Assembly (NCBI GenBank): GCA_046262915.1
Contig: JBHELW010000312.1
Span: 1-34,676 of the forward strand
From: Mycobacteriales bacterium
GTDB taxonomy: Bacteria > Actinomycetota > Actinomycetes > BP-191
Direction: 5' to 3'
Length of the DNA: 34,676 nt
This document shows positions 24,982 to 34,116 of the stretch, piece by piece; positions within the stretch are counted from its first letter, which is position 1, and every line of letters begins with the position of its first letter. Under the pieces are notes generated by a model that was not told the origin of the DNA, did not search any database, and was given only the letters and a program-made list of their open reading frames with translations. A program made the position numbers and the translations under genes.

Positions 24982-27056
24982 GCGGGTGCTGCGACGGCGA
25001 GCGGTTCGGCGTTGCGGCGTCGGCGTCTGCGCAGCACCCGCACCACGATGGCCGCCGTGAGGATGGCGAACGCCCCTCCGGTGATGCCGAGCGCGACGGC
25101 GCCGTAGGCGGTCGATCGCACGCGCAGGGTCGATGAGCTCAACTGCGCGCCGTCCGGCGTGAGCAGCCGCACGCCGATCTCGAAGATGCCTGCTTTGGTC
25201 GCCCGACCTTCGATAGGGAAGGTCCGCGTCGATCGCGGCTGGATCACCTGCTCTCCGGACACGTCGTTGCCGAGGATCAGGGCAGTCGATCGCAACCGCA
25301 CGCTGATGCGGATCTCGTGGTCGAGGTCGTTGACGATCGTGATCGGAATCTGCCCCGTCTTGCTCGTCAGGGTGATGAGCCCCTTCGCGAAGACATGGAT
25401 CTTGGCTTGCTGTCGGCCAAGGAGGTCCGTGACCTCGTCGAGCAACGCGCGCGCGCCGTCGATGTCATCACGCCACAGCGAGGACTCGGCGCGGAGCAGC
25501 GCGGCATCGAGTTGCTCGGAGAGCGGGTTGGGCGAGGTGAAGATCGTGCGGAAGTGCCGGAGCGCGGTGCGCGTTCGGCCCACGTCCGCGAGGAACGGCG
25601 CAGGCAGCTCCGCGTCGATGTCCGCGGCGCCGTACGTCAGCGTGGAAGCGCGTCCGGTCGTGACCGGCTCGTCCCGCGCTACGTCGGAGAGCAGTACCGG
25701 GTCGAGCCACGGCAAGGTTCGCGGTAGCGACAGCAGCCCGCGGGCGAACGCGCGGTCGGGTGCCCACACGCGCGGCGGCGTGACGACGACGTCGCGCGCG
25801 GTCGACGGTCTCTCCAGCGTGAACATCGCGGTCTCGGCGGCCCACCGCTGCAAGGCGAGCGTCGTTCCGGCGCCTGGCAGCGGGCCTTGCGCGACGAGGT
25901 TCGAGAGGGTCGCGTCGCCGACGAGCGCCGTCACCGTGCGCCCGAGGGCAGACAAGACGGTCGGGGCCGATGGCGTGAAGTTCGCCTCCGGGTCGGCCGG
26001 CACAGTGTCGGCCGAAACAACGACACCGCTGGCACCGGCGCCGACGAGGGCGTCCAGCGACTGCGCGTCGAGCGCTCCCGCCGGCGGCCACTGCAGTCGC
26101 GTGTCGGCGGCGAGGCCGAGCCGGGCGAGGACCGCTTGACCTACGGCGACCGCGTTCGTGACATCACTGCCGAGTCCCGCGCGCACGAGCGCGACGACGT
26201 CAGGGTCGCCATATGGGGTCGCGAGAACCTCGCCGGCGCTGAGCTCCGTCCGGGTGCCGGATAGCCAAGTGCCCGCAGCCCGGTTGGGCCGCACCGCGGT
26301 GACCTTGCCGTCGGCCGTGATGACCCGATAGCGGCGGGTCATGCGATCGACTGCCTCGAGCAGCTCCGGGTCAACGGCCCATGTCACCCGAGCGCCGGCA
26401 TCGCGCACCGCGTCCACGATGTCGGAGAGGCGACCGTTGTCACTCACGGCGTCGGCGAGGCTGTCGCCAGCGAACAGTTCGTCCGCGCGAACCGGCGACG
26501 GCTGCAGCAGCGGCCAGACCCACGCGAGCCGCGTGCGTACCGTCCGCCCCGGCCACCATGGCAGGAACGTGTCCGCCACCCCGACCCGCGTGAAGCCGCG
26601 TCCTCCGGTGCGCGAACGCAGCTCGATCCGCAGTGGGTGAACGCTCGGCGAACGACCAACGACCGGTAGTTGGTCCGCGCGGATGTCGTAGCGCACCGGC
26701 GCGGATCCGCCCGGCACCAGCTCGTCGGCGATATCAACAGCGCGCGTCGCGACGCCCTCGCCAGAGGGCTCCGCGGCTCGTTCCGCGAGCTCGGAGCGGC
26801 TGCGCACGGGATTGCCGATGACGAGCCGAACGCGCACGTCGCGCAACGTCGTGGTGCCGGTGTTGACGACCGTGCCGCGGATCGAGAGCACGTGGTCGTG
26901 TCCCACGCCCGGCGACAGGAAACGGTTCAGCCGGGCGATCGCGAGGGTTGTCGGCATCGCCTCGTCCGCCGACTGCGCCCGGGCATCGGTGGCAACACCA
27001 GCGCCCAGAACGAGAGCAGCAGCTGCCGCCGCGGTGGCGCGCCAGCGCCGCGTCAC
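24978..27056 (-). CDS. Large secreted, C-terminally membrane-anchored protein, Rv3909/DUF6049-like
   Basis: 692 aa. It has a signal peptide ([21 protein letters not shown]) and a C-terminal TM plus poly-Arg stop-transfer ([19 protein letters not shown]). Its position immediately upstream of murJ matches the mycobacterial Rv3909 slot. The family name comes from synteny and memory, not from a search. Confidence 0.8.
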   Translation of the reverse strand: MTRRWRATAAAAAALVLGAGVATDARAQSADEAMPTTLAIARLNRFLSPGVGHDHVLSIRGTVVNTGTTTLRDVRVRLVIGNPVRSRSELAERAAEPSGEGVATRAVDIADELVPGGSAPVRYDIRADQLPVVGRSPSVHPLRIELRSRTGGRGFTRVGVADTFLPWWPGRTVRTRLAWVWPLLQPSPVRADELFAGDSLADAVSDNGRLSDIVDAVRDAGARVTWAVDPELLEAVDRMTRRYRVITADGKVTAVRPNRAAGTWLSGTRTELSAGEVLATPYGDPDVVALVRAGLGSDVTNAVAVGQAVLARLGLAADTRLQWPPAGALDAQSLDALVGAGASGVVVSADTVPADPEANFTPSAPTVLSALGRTVTALVGDATLSNLVAQGPLPGAGTTLALQRWAAETAMFTLERPSTARDVVVTPPRVWAPDRAFARGLLSLPRTLPWLDPVLLSDVARDEPVTTGRASTLTYGAADIDAELPAPFLADVGRTRTALRHFRTIFTSPNPLSEQLDAALLRAESSLWRDDIDGARALLDEVTDLLGRQQAKIHVFAKGLITLTSKTGQIPITIVNDLDHEIRISVRLRSTALILGNDVSGEQVIQPRSTRTFPIEGRATKAGIFEIGVRLLTPDGAQLSSSTLRVRSTAYGAVALGITGGAFAILTAAIVVRVLRRRRRRNAEPLAVAAPA

Positions 27057-27520
27057 GCGGACTCAGCGAGAAGCAGCGCCGCCTTCTCGACGAGCGTCCG
27101 TTCGTCGGCGTAGGCCAGTCGGCCGGGAAGCTCGGGGAGGGGAACCCAGGCGACCTCCTCGACCTCGATGTCGGCGTCCGAGAGCTCGCCGCCCTCGGCG
27201 AGCAACAAGAAGTGATGCACCGTCTTGTGCACGCGGTTGCCGTCAGCCACGAACCAGAAGTCGATGGTGCCGAGCGTGCCCAGCACGGTGCCCGAGATCC
27301 CCGTCTCCTCCGCCACCTCGCGCACTGCGGCGTCTTCGGCGGTCTCGCCCGGCTCGACATGCCCCTTGGGCAGTGACCAGAGCAGGCGCCCACGGCGGTC
27401 GAGCCGACCGATCAACGCGCCACATGCGTCGGCCGCGCGACGGTCGACGACGAGACCGCCGGCCGACGTCTCCTCCACCCGGCGCAACGTGCGCCTCGCT
27501 TGGGTGGGAGTCCGCGGCAT
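27053..27520 (-). CDS. NUDIX hydrolase (MutT4-like by synteny)
   Basis: It has the Nudix box [23 protein letters not shown] (G-x5-E-x7-REUxEExGU). I place the start at ATG 27520, since the ORF-track extension to 27826 is Arg-rich. Its stop overlaps the next GTG (GTGA). Confidence 0.85.
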   Translation of the reverse strand: MPRTPTQARRTLRRVEETSAGGLVVDRRAADACGALIGRLDRRGRLLWSLPKGHVEPGETAEDAAVREVAEETGISGTVLGTLGTIDFWFVADGNRVHKTVHHFLLLAEGGELSDADIEVEEVAWVPLPELPGRLAYADERTLVEKAALLLAESA

Positions 27521-27576
27521 AGGCGCGAGCGTAGTTGCGCAGGCACGCCGATCGGCGCCGCCACCAACAGCTTGTG

Positions 27577-28170
27577 TCAGCCCGCGACTGGCTCCGCGGT
27601 CGCCACGCGTTCCTCGGCTGGGGTAGCTCCTGCGTCCGCAGCGTCGGCGGCTGGCGTCGGCACGCGGACCGGCCCCGCGAGACGGGCCAGGCGCGCTCCG
27701 GTCAGCGCGAGCAGCTCCGCCGTACGCATCTTCAGCGCCGTCCCACTGTCGCCTGTCGCGGTGTATAGGACGTCCGCCCGAGCGAGTCGCAGATCGGCGT
27801 AGAGGGGCAGGGTCGGCGGTAGGCATACGGGCCCGGCGAGCGCCGCGACGTAGTCCGTGGCCGCGTTGACCGCCCCCGGGTCAGCCGCTCGCAGGGTGCG
27901 GGCGCCGACCGCCTTCGCGAGAAGTGCTGGCTGCACCGCAGTGCCCGCGGGTGCGAGGACGCCGACGAGGCCAACGTTCGTTTCGTAGAAGCTCACCGAG
28001 ACACACGCAGCGGCTGGCAGGCCGAGCACCTCCGGGAGCTCGTCCGCCGCCGCCAGTGTCCGCGGCAGCCGCACGATCTCGTGCGCCGCGTTGACCGCCA
28101 GCAGCTCACGATGGATGTCCAGCGGCCCCAGCACAGTGCACACCCTCTGCCCGTTTCCGCGCCGTGACAA
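27577..28170 (-). CDS. Hypothetical protein, weak YbaK/aminoacyl-tRNA-editing-domain-like pattern
   Basis: 197-aa ORF with a TTG start (GTG at 28143 is an alternative). Third-position GC is high throughout, and it is the only long ORF here not explained by another gene. The spacing of ..[91 protein letters not shown] resembles YbaK/ProX domains, but the sequence is degenerate. Confidence 0.5.
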   Translation of the reverse strand: MSRRGNGQRVCTVLGPLDIHRELLAVNAAHEIVRLPRTLAAADELPEVLGLPAAACVSVSFYETNVGLVGVLAPAGTAVQPALLAKAVGARTLRAADPGAVNAATDYVAALAGPVCLPPTLPLYADLRLARADVLYTATGDSGTALKMRTAELLALTGARLARLAGPVRVPTPAADAADAGATPAEERVATAEPVAG

Positions 28171-28222
28171 CCCCGTGACCGTTCCGGGCTGACCGACGTG
28201 GACGCGCCTACGCTAGAGGCCC

Positions 28223-29659
28223 ATGTCGCGACTGACCGCGGTCCAGGAGCGCGCGGTCGCCGAGCTGGTGCGCGTCTCGCCGGTCGCTGACGACCTCGGC
28301 GCCCGGTTCGAGGCAGCGGGCAAGGAGCTGCACCTCGTCGGCGGCTCGGTCCGCGACGCATTGTTGGGACGCCTGGCGGGAGACCTCGATTTCGCCACGG
28401 ATGCTCGCCCCCCCGACGTCGAGCGCCTGCTTTCCGGCTGGGCCGACGCGACGTGGACCACCGGCATCGAGTTCGGCACGGTTGGCGCGGCGCGCGGCCC
28501 GTGGCGCTGCGAGATCACGACGTTTCGCACGGAGTCGTATCGGAGCGCCTCGCGCAAACCCGATGTGCGGTACGGCGAGACGCTGGCAGAGGACCTCGCG
28601 CGGCGCGACTTCACGATCAACGCGATGGCGTACTCCCTGCCCGGACATGTCTTCTGCGACCCGCACGGGGGGCTGCGCGATCTAGCCGAGCGTGTGCTGC
28701 GCACACCGCAGTCGCCCCGGGCGTCATTCGAAGACGACCCACTCCGGATGCTGCGGGCTATGCGGTTTGTCGCGCAGCTCGGCTTCGCCGTCGACCCCGA
28801 GGTCGTCGCGGCGGTCCGGGAGATGGCGGGACGGTTGGCGATCGTCTCCGCCGAACGTGTGCGCGACGAGTTCTCGAAGCTTTTGACCGCGCCGGCTCCG
28901 GTTGCGGCGCTGGAGCTGCTCGTCGACACGGGCCTTGCTGAGCAATTCCTGCCCGAGATACCACGGCTACGACTCGAGATCGACCCGGACCCGGCGCACC
29001 GGCACAAGGACGTCTACCGCCACACGCTTGCTGTTCTCGAGCGCGCTGTGTCGCTGGAAAGTGGCGGGGCAGACCTGATTCTGCGCATGGCGGCGCTGCT
29101 GCACGACATCGGCAAACCGCGCACGCGCGCCTATGGGCCCGCCGGCGTGAGCTTCCACCATCACGAGATCGTCGGAGCGCAGCTAGCGAGCGCGCGGCTG
29201 AAGTCGCTGCGCTACCCCGGCCCGTTCGTCGACGACGTCGCACGACTCGTCGAGCTGCACTTGCGTTTCCACGGTTACGGCGAAGGTGGCTGGACCGACT
29301 CCGCGGTGCGCCGCTATGTGCGCGATGCCGGTCCGTTGCTCGACCGGTTGCACGTGCTTGTGCGTTCGGACTGCACGACGCGCAACAAGCGCAAGGCCGA
29401 CGCGCTCGCGCGCGCGTACAACGACCTCGAGGCGCGCATCGAGCGGCTCGCTGAGCAGGAGGAGCTGGCTGCGGTTCGTCCCGACCTCGACGGCCGCCAG
29501 GTCATGCGGCTGCTCGGCCTGCCTCCCGGCCCGGCCGTCGGTCGCGCGTTGGCGCATCTCTTGGAGCTACGACTCGACCGCGGACCGCTGTCGCCCGTAG
29601 AGGCAGAGGCCGAGTTGCGCCGATGGGCCACGGAACACGGCATAGCTCCATCGGACTAG
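28223..29659 (+). CDS. cca: CCA tRNA nucleotidyltransferase (PcnA-type, with HD domain)
   Basis: It has the nucleotidyltransferase motif LVGGSVRDALLGRLAGDLDFAT, RRDFTINAMA, DPLRMLRAMRF, and an HD region (HRHKDVYRHTLAVL...LLHDIGKP). It is syntenic with Rv3907c. Confidence 0.9.
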   Translation: MSRLTAVQERAVAELVRVSPVADDLGARFEAAGKELHLVGGSVRDALLGRLAGDLDFATDARPPDVERLLSGWADATWTTGIEFGTVGAARGPWRCEITTFRTESYRSASRKPDVRYGETLAEDLARRDFTINAMAYSLPGHVFCDPHGGLRDLAERVLRTPQSPRASFEDDPLRMLRAMRFVAQLGFAVDPEVVAAVREMAGRLAIVSAERVRDEFSKLLTAPAPVAALELLVDTGLAEQFLPEIPRLRLEIDPDPAHRHKDVYRHTLAVLERAVSLESGGADLILRMAALLHDIGKPRTRAYGPAGVSFHHHEIVGAQLASARLKSLRYPGPFVDDVARLVELHLRFHGYGEGGWTDSAVRRYVRDAGPLLDRLHVLVRSDCTTRNKRKADALARAYNDLEARIERLAEQEELAAVRPDLDGRQVMRLLGLPPGPAVGRALAHLLELRLDRGPLSPVEAEAELRRWATEHGIAPSD

Positions 29660-29728
29660 GGAAGACCGTTCGCGTGCGCCATGTCCCGCGTCACCGAGCT
29701 CGTCGATGATGGTCACGTGACCCGACAA

Positions 29729-30859
29729 ATGCCGCGGTACGCGTCGCTCGTCGTCGCGCTCGCCGTGACGGTCGGTGCTGTCGGGGGCTGCACCGCCCGG
29801 AGCGTCCGCAAGGTCGCGCCGGTCCTCTCGGACGTGAGCCGCGCCAGCATCGTGTCGCCCAATGGGGCTGCCCGCGTGGCCCGCGACCGCGACCACGTGC
29901 GCGCTGGAGAGACCGTGACGACGGCCGCCGGTGGCCGGGCAACGATGACCGTGCTCGATCGTCGGGTCGTCCTCGCGCCGTCGACGGCCGTCCGCGTGCC
30001 CGACGGTGCGGCGATCGACCTGCGCACGGGCAGCGTGCTCGTCGACCGCCGGCATGGCCCTGGGCTGCGGGTATCCGTCGGCGAGCTGGAGATCGACCGC
30101 ATCAGTCGGGGCGCGCTGCGTGTCGAGCGCGGCTACGCCGTGCGGGTCGCGGTCCTCGACGGAACCGCGCGTGTCTCGACGCCGACCGGCCGCCGCGCCG
30201 ACGTCCCCGCACTGCACCAGGTCATCGTCGCGGGCCGGGCAGTGCCAGATCGAGCTGGGCCGCTGTCCCTGCGGGACGACACCTGGGAACGCGATGTCGT
30301 CCCGACGTTGGTCGCGTCGGATGTGGCGCTCAACCGGCTCGCGGCCGGCGTCGACGCGCAGTTCCGTACTGCGGCGTCCGCCATTCGAGTAGTGCCGGTC
30401 GGCTTCGTGCGGGCGGCCGCGCCGGGCGGCAGCGCAAGCGACGTCTTGCTACCGATGGCCATCGGCCGGGTCGCCCACCTGCCGCTGACCACACAGCAGC
30501 GGATCGACCGCGCCAGCCTGCTCCGGCTCGAGGGCGCCTCGTGGGGCGTGGCGGCGGCGCTGGTGGGAGCGCCGCACACCGCAGTTGCCGCGGCGCTGGC
30601 TGCGGCCTTAGCCGGCGCACTCGCTGCTGTCCCGGGCCCACAGGCCGTCGGGCCGGGTGTTCGTGCGCCGGGTGGGGGCGCGCCTGGGCAGCCGGCGGAC
30701 GGTGAGTCGGCGACCCCGAAGCCGTCGCCCTCGCGTTCGTCGTCGGGGTCCCCATCGCCGAGCACGTCGCCCAGCACGGTTGTCGAACGCGTCGTCGACA
30801 CGGTGCGCCGCTTGGTGCCGACGCCGCTGCCTAGCCCGACGGCTCCGGTCGTGCGCTGA
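29729..30859 (+). CDS. FecR-domain-like lipoprotein with Pro/Ser/Ala-rich C-terminal tail
   Basis: The lipoprotein signal MPRYASLVVALAVTVGAVGGC starts at ATG 29729. The ORF-track start at 29681 would add an acidic 16-aa leader. It has a beta-rich region with repeated RV..G.A.V pattern (GRATMTVLDRRVVLAPSTAVRV..., GALRVERGYAVRVAVLDGTARV) reminiscent of FecR domains. The tail is low-complexity PSPSRSSSGSPSPSTSPS. Confidence 0.6.
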   Translation: MPRYASLVVALAVTVGAVGGCTARSVRKVAPVLSDVSRASIVSPNGAARVARDRDHVRAGETVTTAAGGRATMTVLDRRVVLAPSTAVRVPDGAAIDLRTGSVLVDRRHGPGLRVSVGELEIDRISRGALRVERGYAVRVAVLDGTARVSTPTGRRADVPALHQVIVAGRAVPDRAGPLSLRDDTWERDVVPTLVASDVALNRLAAGVDAQFRTAASAIRVVPVGFVRAAAPGGSASDVLLPMAIGRVAHLPLTTQQRIDRASLLRLEGASWGVAAALVGAPHTAVAAALAAALAGALAAVPGPQAVGPGVRAPGGGAPGQPADGESATPKPSPSRSSSGSPSPSTSPSTVVERVVDTVRRLVPTPLPSPTAPVVR

Positions 30860-32129
30860 GCGAACCAGACCACCAGCCATAGGCGACCGCGGTGAGCGCG
30901 TAGCCGAGGCCGATCAACCAGACAACCGCGGGCGCGCGTCCGCTCGCCGGCAGCGCGAGTGCGGCGACCGCGGCGGCGGCGACGAACGCGACGTTGAAGA
31001 CGATGTCGTAGAGCGAGAACACGCGCCCGCGGTACTGGTCGTCGACCCGCTCCTGCACGATCGTGTCCACACAGATCTTCACGCCCTGCGCCACGACGCC
31101 GAGGCCGAAGGCCGCGACGATGAACGCGGGCAGCCGATAGGGCAGCACCAGTGCGACCTCGACGACCGCAGCGAGCCCGAGCAGGACAGTGATCCAGCGT
31201 GCCTTCCCGATCCGGCGGGTGATCGGCGGCGTGACGAACGCGGCGCAGATCTGCCCGGCTGACGACGCGAAGACCGCCTCGCCGAAACCCGCGACGCCGC
31301 CATGGAGGATGCCGTCGCGCACGAAGAAGTTGCGGTAGAGCAGCAGCGTGGCGATCGTCGAGATGCCATAACAGAAGCGATGCGCGGCCATGACCAGTAG
31401 CCCGACCCCGGCGGCGCGGCGTTGCCACACGTGAACCGCGCCACGGCCGACCCCAGTGACGATGTCGGCGAGCGCGCGTGTCAACTGCCGTGGCACACGC
31501 GCATGGTCCGGCCCGAGCAGGTCGGCAGCCATCGACGTCGCGACGACGCCCGCGACGCCGTAGCCGAGGAGTCCCGCCACGATGACGACCGCGTTGGCGC
31601 CGGCGCTCTCGCCGAGCGCACCGCGCAGCACCAGCCCTACGGCGCCGCCGATGGCGAACGCGGCTCCGCCGCCCGTTGTCGCGACCGCGTTCGCGGACAC
31701 GAGTCGGGACCGCGGAACGACGTGCGGCAGTGCCGCGGACAGGGCCGCGAGGACGAACCGGTTGACCGACAGGACGACGAGGGCCGTCAGGTAGAGACGG
31801 ACGCCCGTGTCGCCACGCGCGACGACGGCGACGACGGGCACTCCCAACGCGGCGCGCAGCAGGTTGGCGCGAACGAGCACCTGCCGGCGGCGCCAGCGGT
31901 CGAGCAGCACGCCCGCGAACGGTCCCGCGATGCTGTAAGGCAGCAGCAACGTCGCGAACGCGCTCGCTGCCTGCGGCCCGGTCGTCTGGTGCGTCGGCGA
32001 GAAGAAGAAGTAGCTCGCCAGGCCCGCCTGTACGACACCATCAGCGGCCTGGCCGACGAAGCGCGTTGCGAGCAGCTGCCCGAAGTGTGGCTGCCGGAGG
32101 AGTTGGCGCGCGCCGCCGGCGGGCTTCAC
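30831..32129 (-). CDS. MFS transporter
   Basis: About 432 aa with 12 predicted hydrophobic segments. It has the LLDRWRRRQVLV loop motif between TM2 and TM3, typical of MFS. I place the start at GTG 32129, overlapping the upstream stop (GTGA). The ORF-track extension to 32477 is Arg-rich. Confidence 0.85.
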   Translation of the reverse strand: MKPAGGARQLLRQPHFGQLLATRFVGQAADGVVQAGLASYFFFSPTHQTTGPQAASAFATLLLPYSIAGPFAGVLLDRWRRRQVLVRANLLRAALGVPVVAVVARGDTGVRLYLTALVVLSVNRFVLAALSAALPHVVPRSRLVSANAVATTGGGAAFAIGGAVGLVLRGALGESAGANAVVIVAGLLGYGVAGVVATSMAADLLGPDHARVPRQLTRALADIVTGVGRGAVHVWQRRAAGVGLLVMAAHRFCYGISTIATLLLYRNFFVRDGILHGGVAGFGEAVFASSAGQICAAFVTPPITRRIGKARWITVLLGLAAVVEVALVLPYRLPAFIVAAFGLGVVAQGVKICVDTIVQERVDDQYRGRVFSLYDIVFNVAFVAAAAVAALALPASGRAPAVVWLIGLGYALTAVAYGWWSGSLSARPEPSG

Positions 32130-33202
32130 GCTTGCAGACGGGCGGCCGCGAGCCGCTCTGCTGCCTCCTCGGTGGTCACACCGTCGGCGCGCGCTGCGGC
32201 GTAGATGCTGCGCAGGGTGTCGCCGATCCCTCGGATGCCCCGTTGCACCTGCTCGCTCGACCAGCCCAACGCCTCGTAGCCGATGAGGTGGATGGCGCCG
32301 CCGCCGTTGATGACGAAGTCGGGCGCGTACAGGATGCCCGCGGCGCGGAGGAGCTGCGCGTCGGATGGTGCCGAGAGCGGGTTGTTGGCGGCGCCAGCCA
32401 CGATGCGGCAGCGCAGCGCGGGGATGGTCTCCGGCGAGAGCACGCCCCCGACGGCGCATGGCGCATAGACGTCGCACTCGGTGCCGACCACGGCGTCCGG
32501 CTCGACAACCAAGACGGGTAGTCGCGCACTCATCTCGTCGGCGCGATCACTGTCGACGTCAGAGATCAGCACCTTCGCCCCGGCGTCGACCAGCATCTCG
32601 GTCAACGGTTGGCCCACCGCACCTGTGCCCTGAACCATGACGGTCCGCCCGGCCACATCGTCCGTTCCGAACACGTGTGACACCGACGCCTGGATGCCGT
32701 GGAACACGCCGACTGCGGTGTCCGGTGCGCTGCTGCCGGAACCACCGTGCGCGGGCGTACGCCCGAACACCCGGCCCGTGCCCTCGCCGATCATGTCCAT
32801 GTCCGCGGCGGTGGTGTTCATGTCGGGGCCGGTGTAGTAGCGGCCCCCGAGGCGCTCGATGTTCTCGGCATGGTGACGGAGCAGCCCGTGGCGTGCCTCC
32901 GGTGACAGCGGCTCTGGCTCTACCGCGAGCACCGACTTCCCGCCGCCCATCGGTAGGCCGGCAACGGCCATCTTCAGCGTCATCGCAGCCGCCAGGCGGG
33001 CGGCGTCCGCGAGCGCATCGCCCGCAGTCGGGTAGGTCTTGATCCGCGTGCCGCCCGCTGCTGGCCCTAGCCGCGTGGAGTGCACAGCGATGAACATCGT
33101 CGCGTTGGCGGCTTCGTCGTACGACGTGAGGATGAACTCGCCGCTCCAGTTGCGCAGTACCTCGTCCACGGGTCCCCCGTACCCCGGTCCGGTGGGGCTC
33201 AC
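32126..33202 (-). CDS. Glu/Leu/Phe/Val-family amino-acid dehydrogenase (Leu/Val dehydrogenase-like)
   Basis: It has the catalytic-lysine motif GLPMGGGKSVL, the GGTRI substrate motif (GPAAGGTRIKTY), and the NAD Rossmann motif VMVQGTGAVG. I place the start at GTG 33202, overlapping the upstream stop (GTGA). Confidence 0.85.
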   Translation of the reverse strand: MSPTGPGYGGPVDEVLRNWSGEFILTSYDEAANATMFIAVHSTRLGPAAGGTRIKTYPTAGDALADAARLAAAMTLKMAVAGLPMGGGKSVLAVEPEPLSPEARHGLLRHHAENIERLGGRYYTGPDMNTTAADMDMIGEGTGRVFGRTPAHGGSGSSAPDTAVGVFHGIQASVSHVFGTDDVAGRTVMVQGTGAVGQPLTEMLVDAGAKVLISDVDSDRADEMSARLPVLVVEPDAVVGTECDVYAPCAVGGVLSPETIPALRCRIVAGAANNPLSAPSDAQLLRAAGILYAPDFVINGGGAIHLIGYEALGWSSEQVQRGIRGIGDTLRSIYAAARADGVTTEEAAERLAAARLQA

Positions 33203-34116
33203 CGCGTCGCCACGCGTCGTTGGGCGGCAACGACCAATGTGTCGGCACGGTGGGCCGCCGCACGGGCCGCGACGATGGGCAGCGCGAGCGCAGAGAGCGC
33301 AGCGCCAGCGACTGTGTGGGCCGCGGCAACCGCGCGCGAGACGCGGCGCGGTCGGCGGCTCGCGACGTCGAAGAAGACGTTGGGTCGGCGAGTAACCGCG
33401 TTGAGCGCGCTTTGCGACCAGCCGATGACGTCGTATTCGATCTCCCCCGCCCAGCTGCGGACCGGGACGAATCCCGACCGGCGTAGCAGCCGGTGCAGCG
33501 CGGTGGCCGTGAAGTGGTAGAGGTGCCGCGGCGGGTCGAGGTGCAGCCAATGTCGACCGAAGGCGCGCGCTGCCGCGCCGCCGGCGTTCGGGACCGCGAC
33601 GACGAGGAGCGCGTCGGGCGCGGCTAGCGCGGCGATCGCGAGCAAGGTCGCCGCGGGATTCGGCAGGTGCTCAAGCGAGTGCCACATCGTGACCACGTCT
33701 ACCGGGCCGAAGTCGGCCAGCGCCGGCAGGTCCGCCTCCACCCGCAGCCCTCGATGTCGCGCCTCGTCGGGCGCGAGCTCAGTCCCGGCGACCTGCCAAC
33801 CGGCGCGCGTGGCCGCAACCAGAAATGCCCCGTCGCCACAGCCGACGTCGATCAGCCGCCGGCCGTTGCCGCGACCGGCGGCCTGGCGCAGCACGCGCAT
33901 GCGACGGCGCAGCGCAAGTCCACCGGTCGCCCCGTGTCGCCCGCCGTGGTAGTCCGCGCCGTAGTAGGCCGCTACGTCCGTCGGAACCGGCAACGTGTGC
34001 CCGAGTCCGCACGCGACGCAGCGCCAGATCTCGAAGCGACCGCCGGTCTGTGTGTCGGTCACCGCCGGTAGCGCGCAGCGCAGCGTGCCACCGCATGCCG
34101 TACAGGTCGTCAGCAT
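33199..34116 (-). CDS. Class I SAM-dependent methyltransferase with N-terminal zinc ribbon
   Basis: It has the N-terminal pairs C-x2-C...C-x2-C (CTACGG...CVACG), SAM motif I LIDVGCGDGAF, and the MWHSLEHLPNP motif typical of Methyltransf_11/23-type enzymes. The ATG overlaps the GT2 stop (ATGCTGA). Confidence 0.8.
   Translation of the reverse strand: MLTTCTACGGTLRCALPAVTDTQTGGRFEIWRCVACGLGHTLPVPTDVAAYYGADYHGGRHGATGGLALRRRMRVLRQAAGRGNGRRLIDVGCGDGAFLVAATRAGWQVAGTELAPDEARHRGLRVEADLPALADFGPVDVVTMWHSLEHLPNPAATLLAIAALAAPDALLVVAVPNAGGAAARAFGRHWLHLDPPRHLYHFTATALHRLLRRSGFVPVRSWAGEIEYDVIGWSQSALNAVTRRPNVFFDVASRRPRRVSRAVAAAHTVAGAALSALALPIVAARAAAHRADTLVVAAQRRVATR

Noticed and set aside
23273-25107. 453-aa (minus) and 433-aa (plus) ORFs overlapping murJ
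   Set aside because: They are Arg/Asp/Gly/Pro-rich alternative-frame or antisense translations of the murJ region. The MurJ frame has the family signature and a membrane-protein composition.
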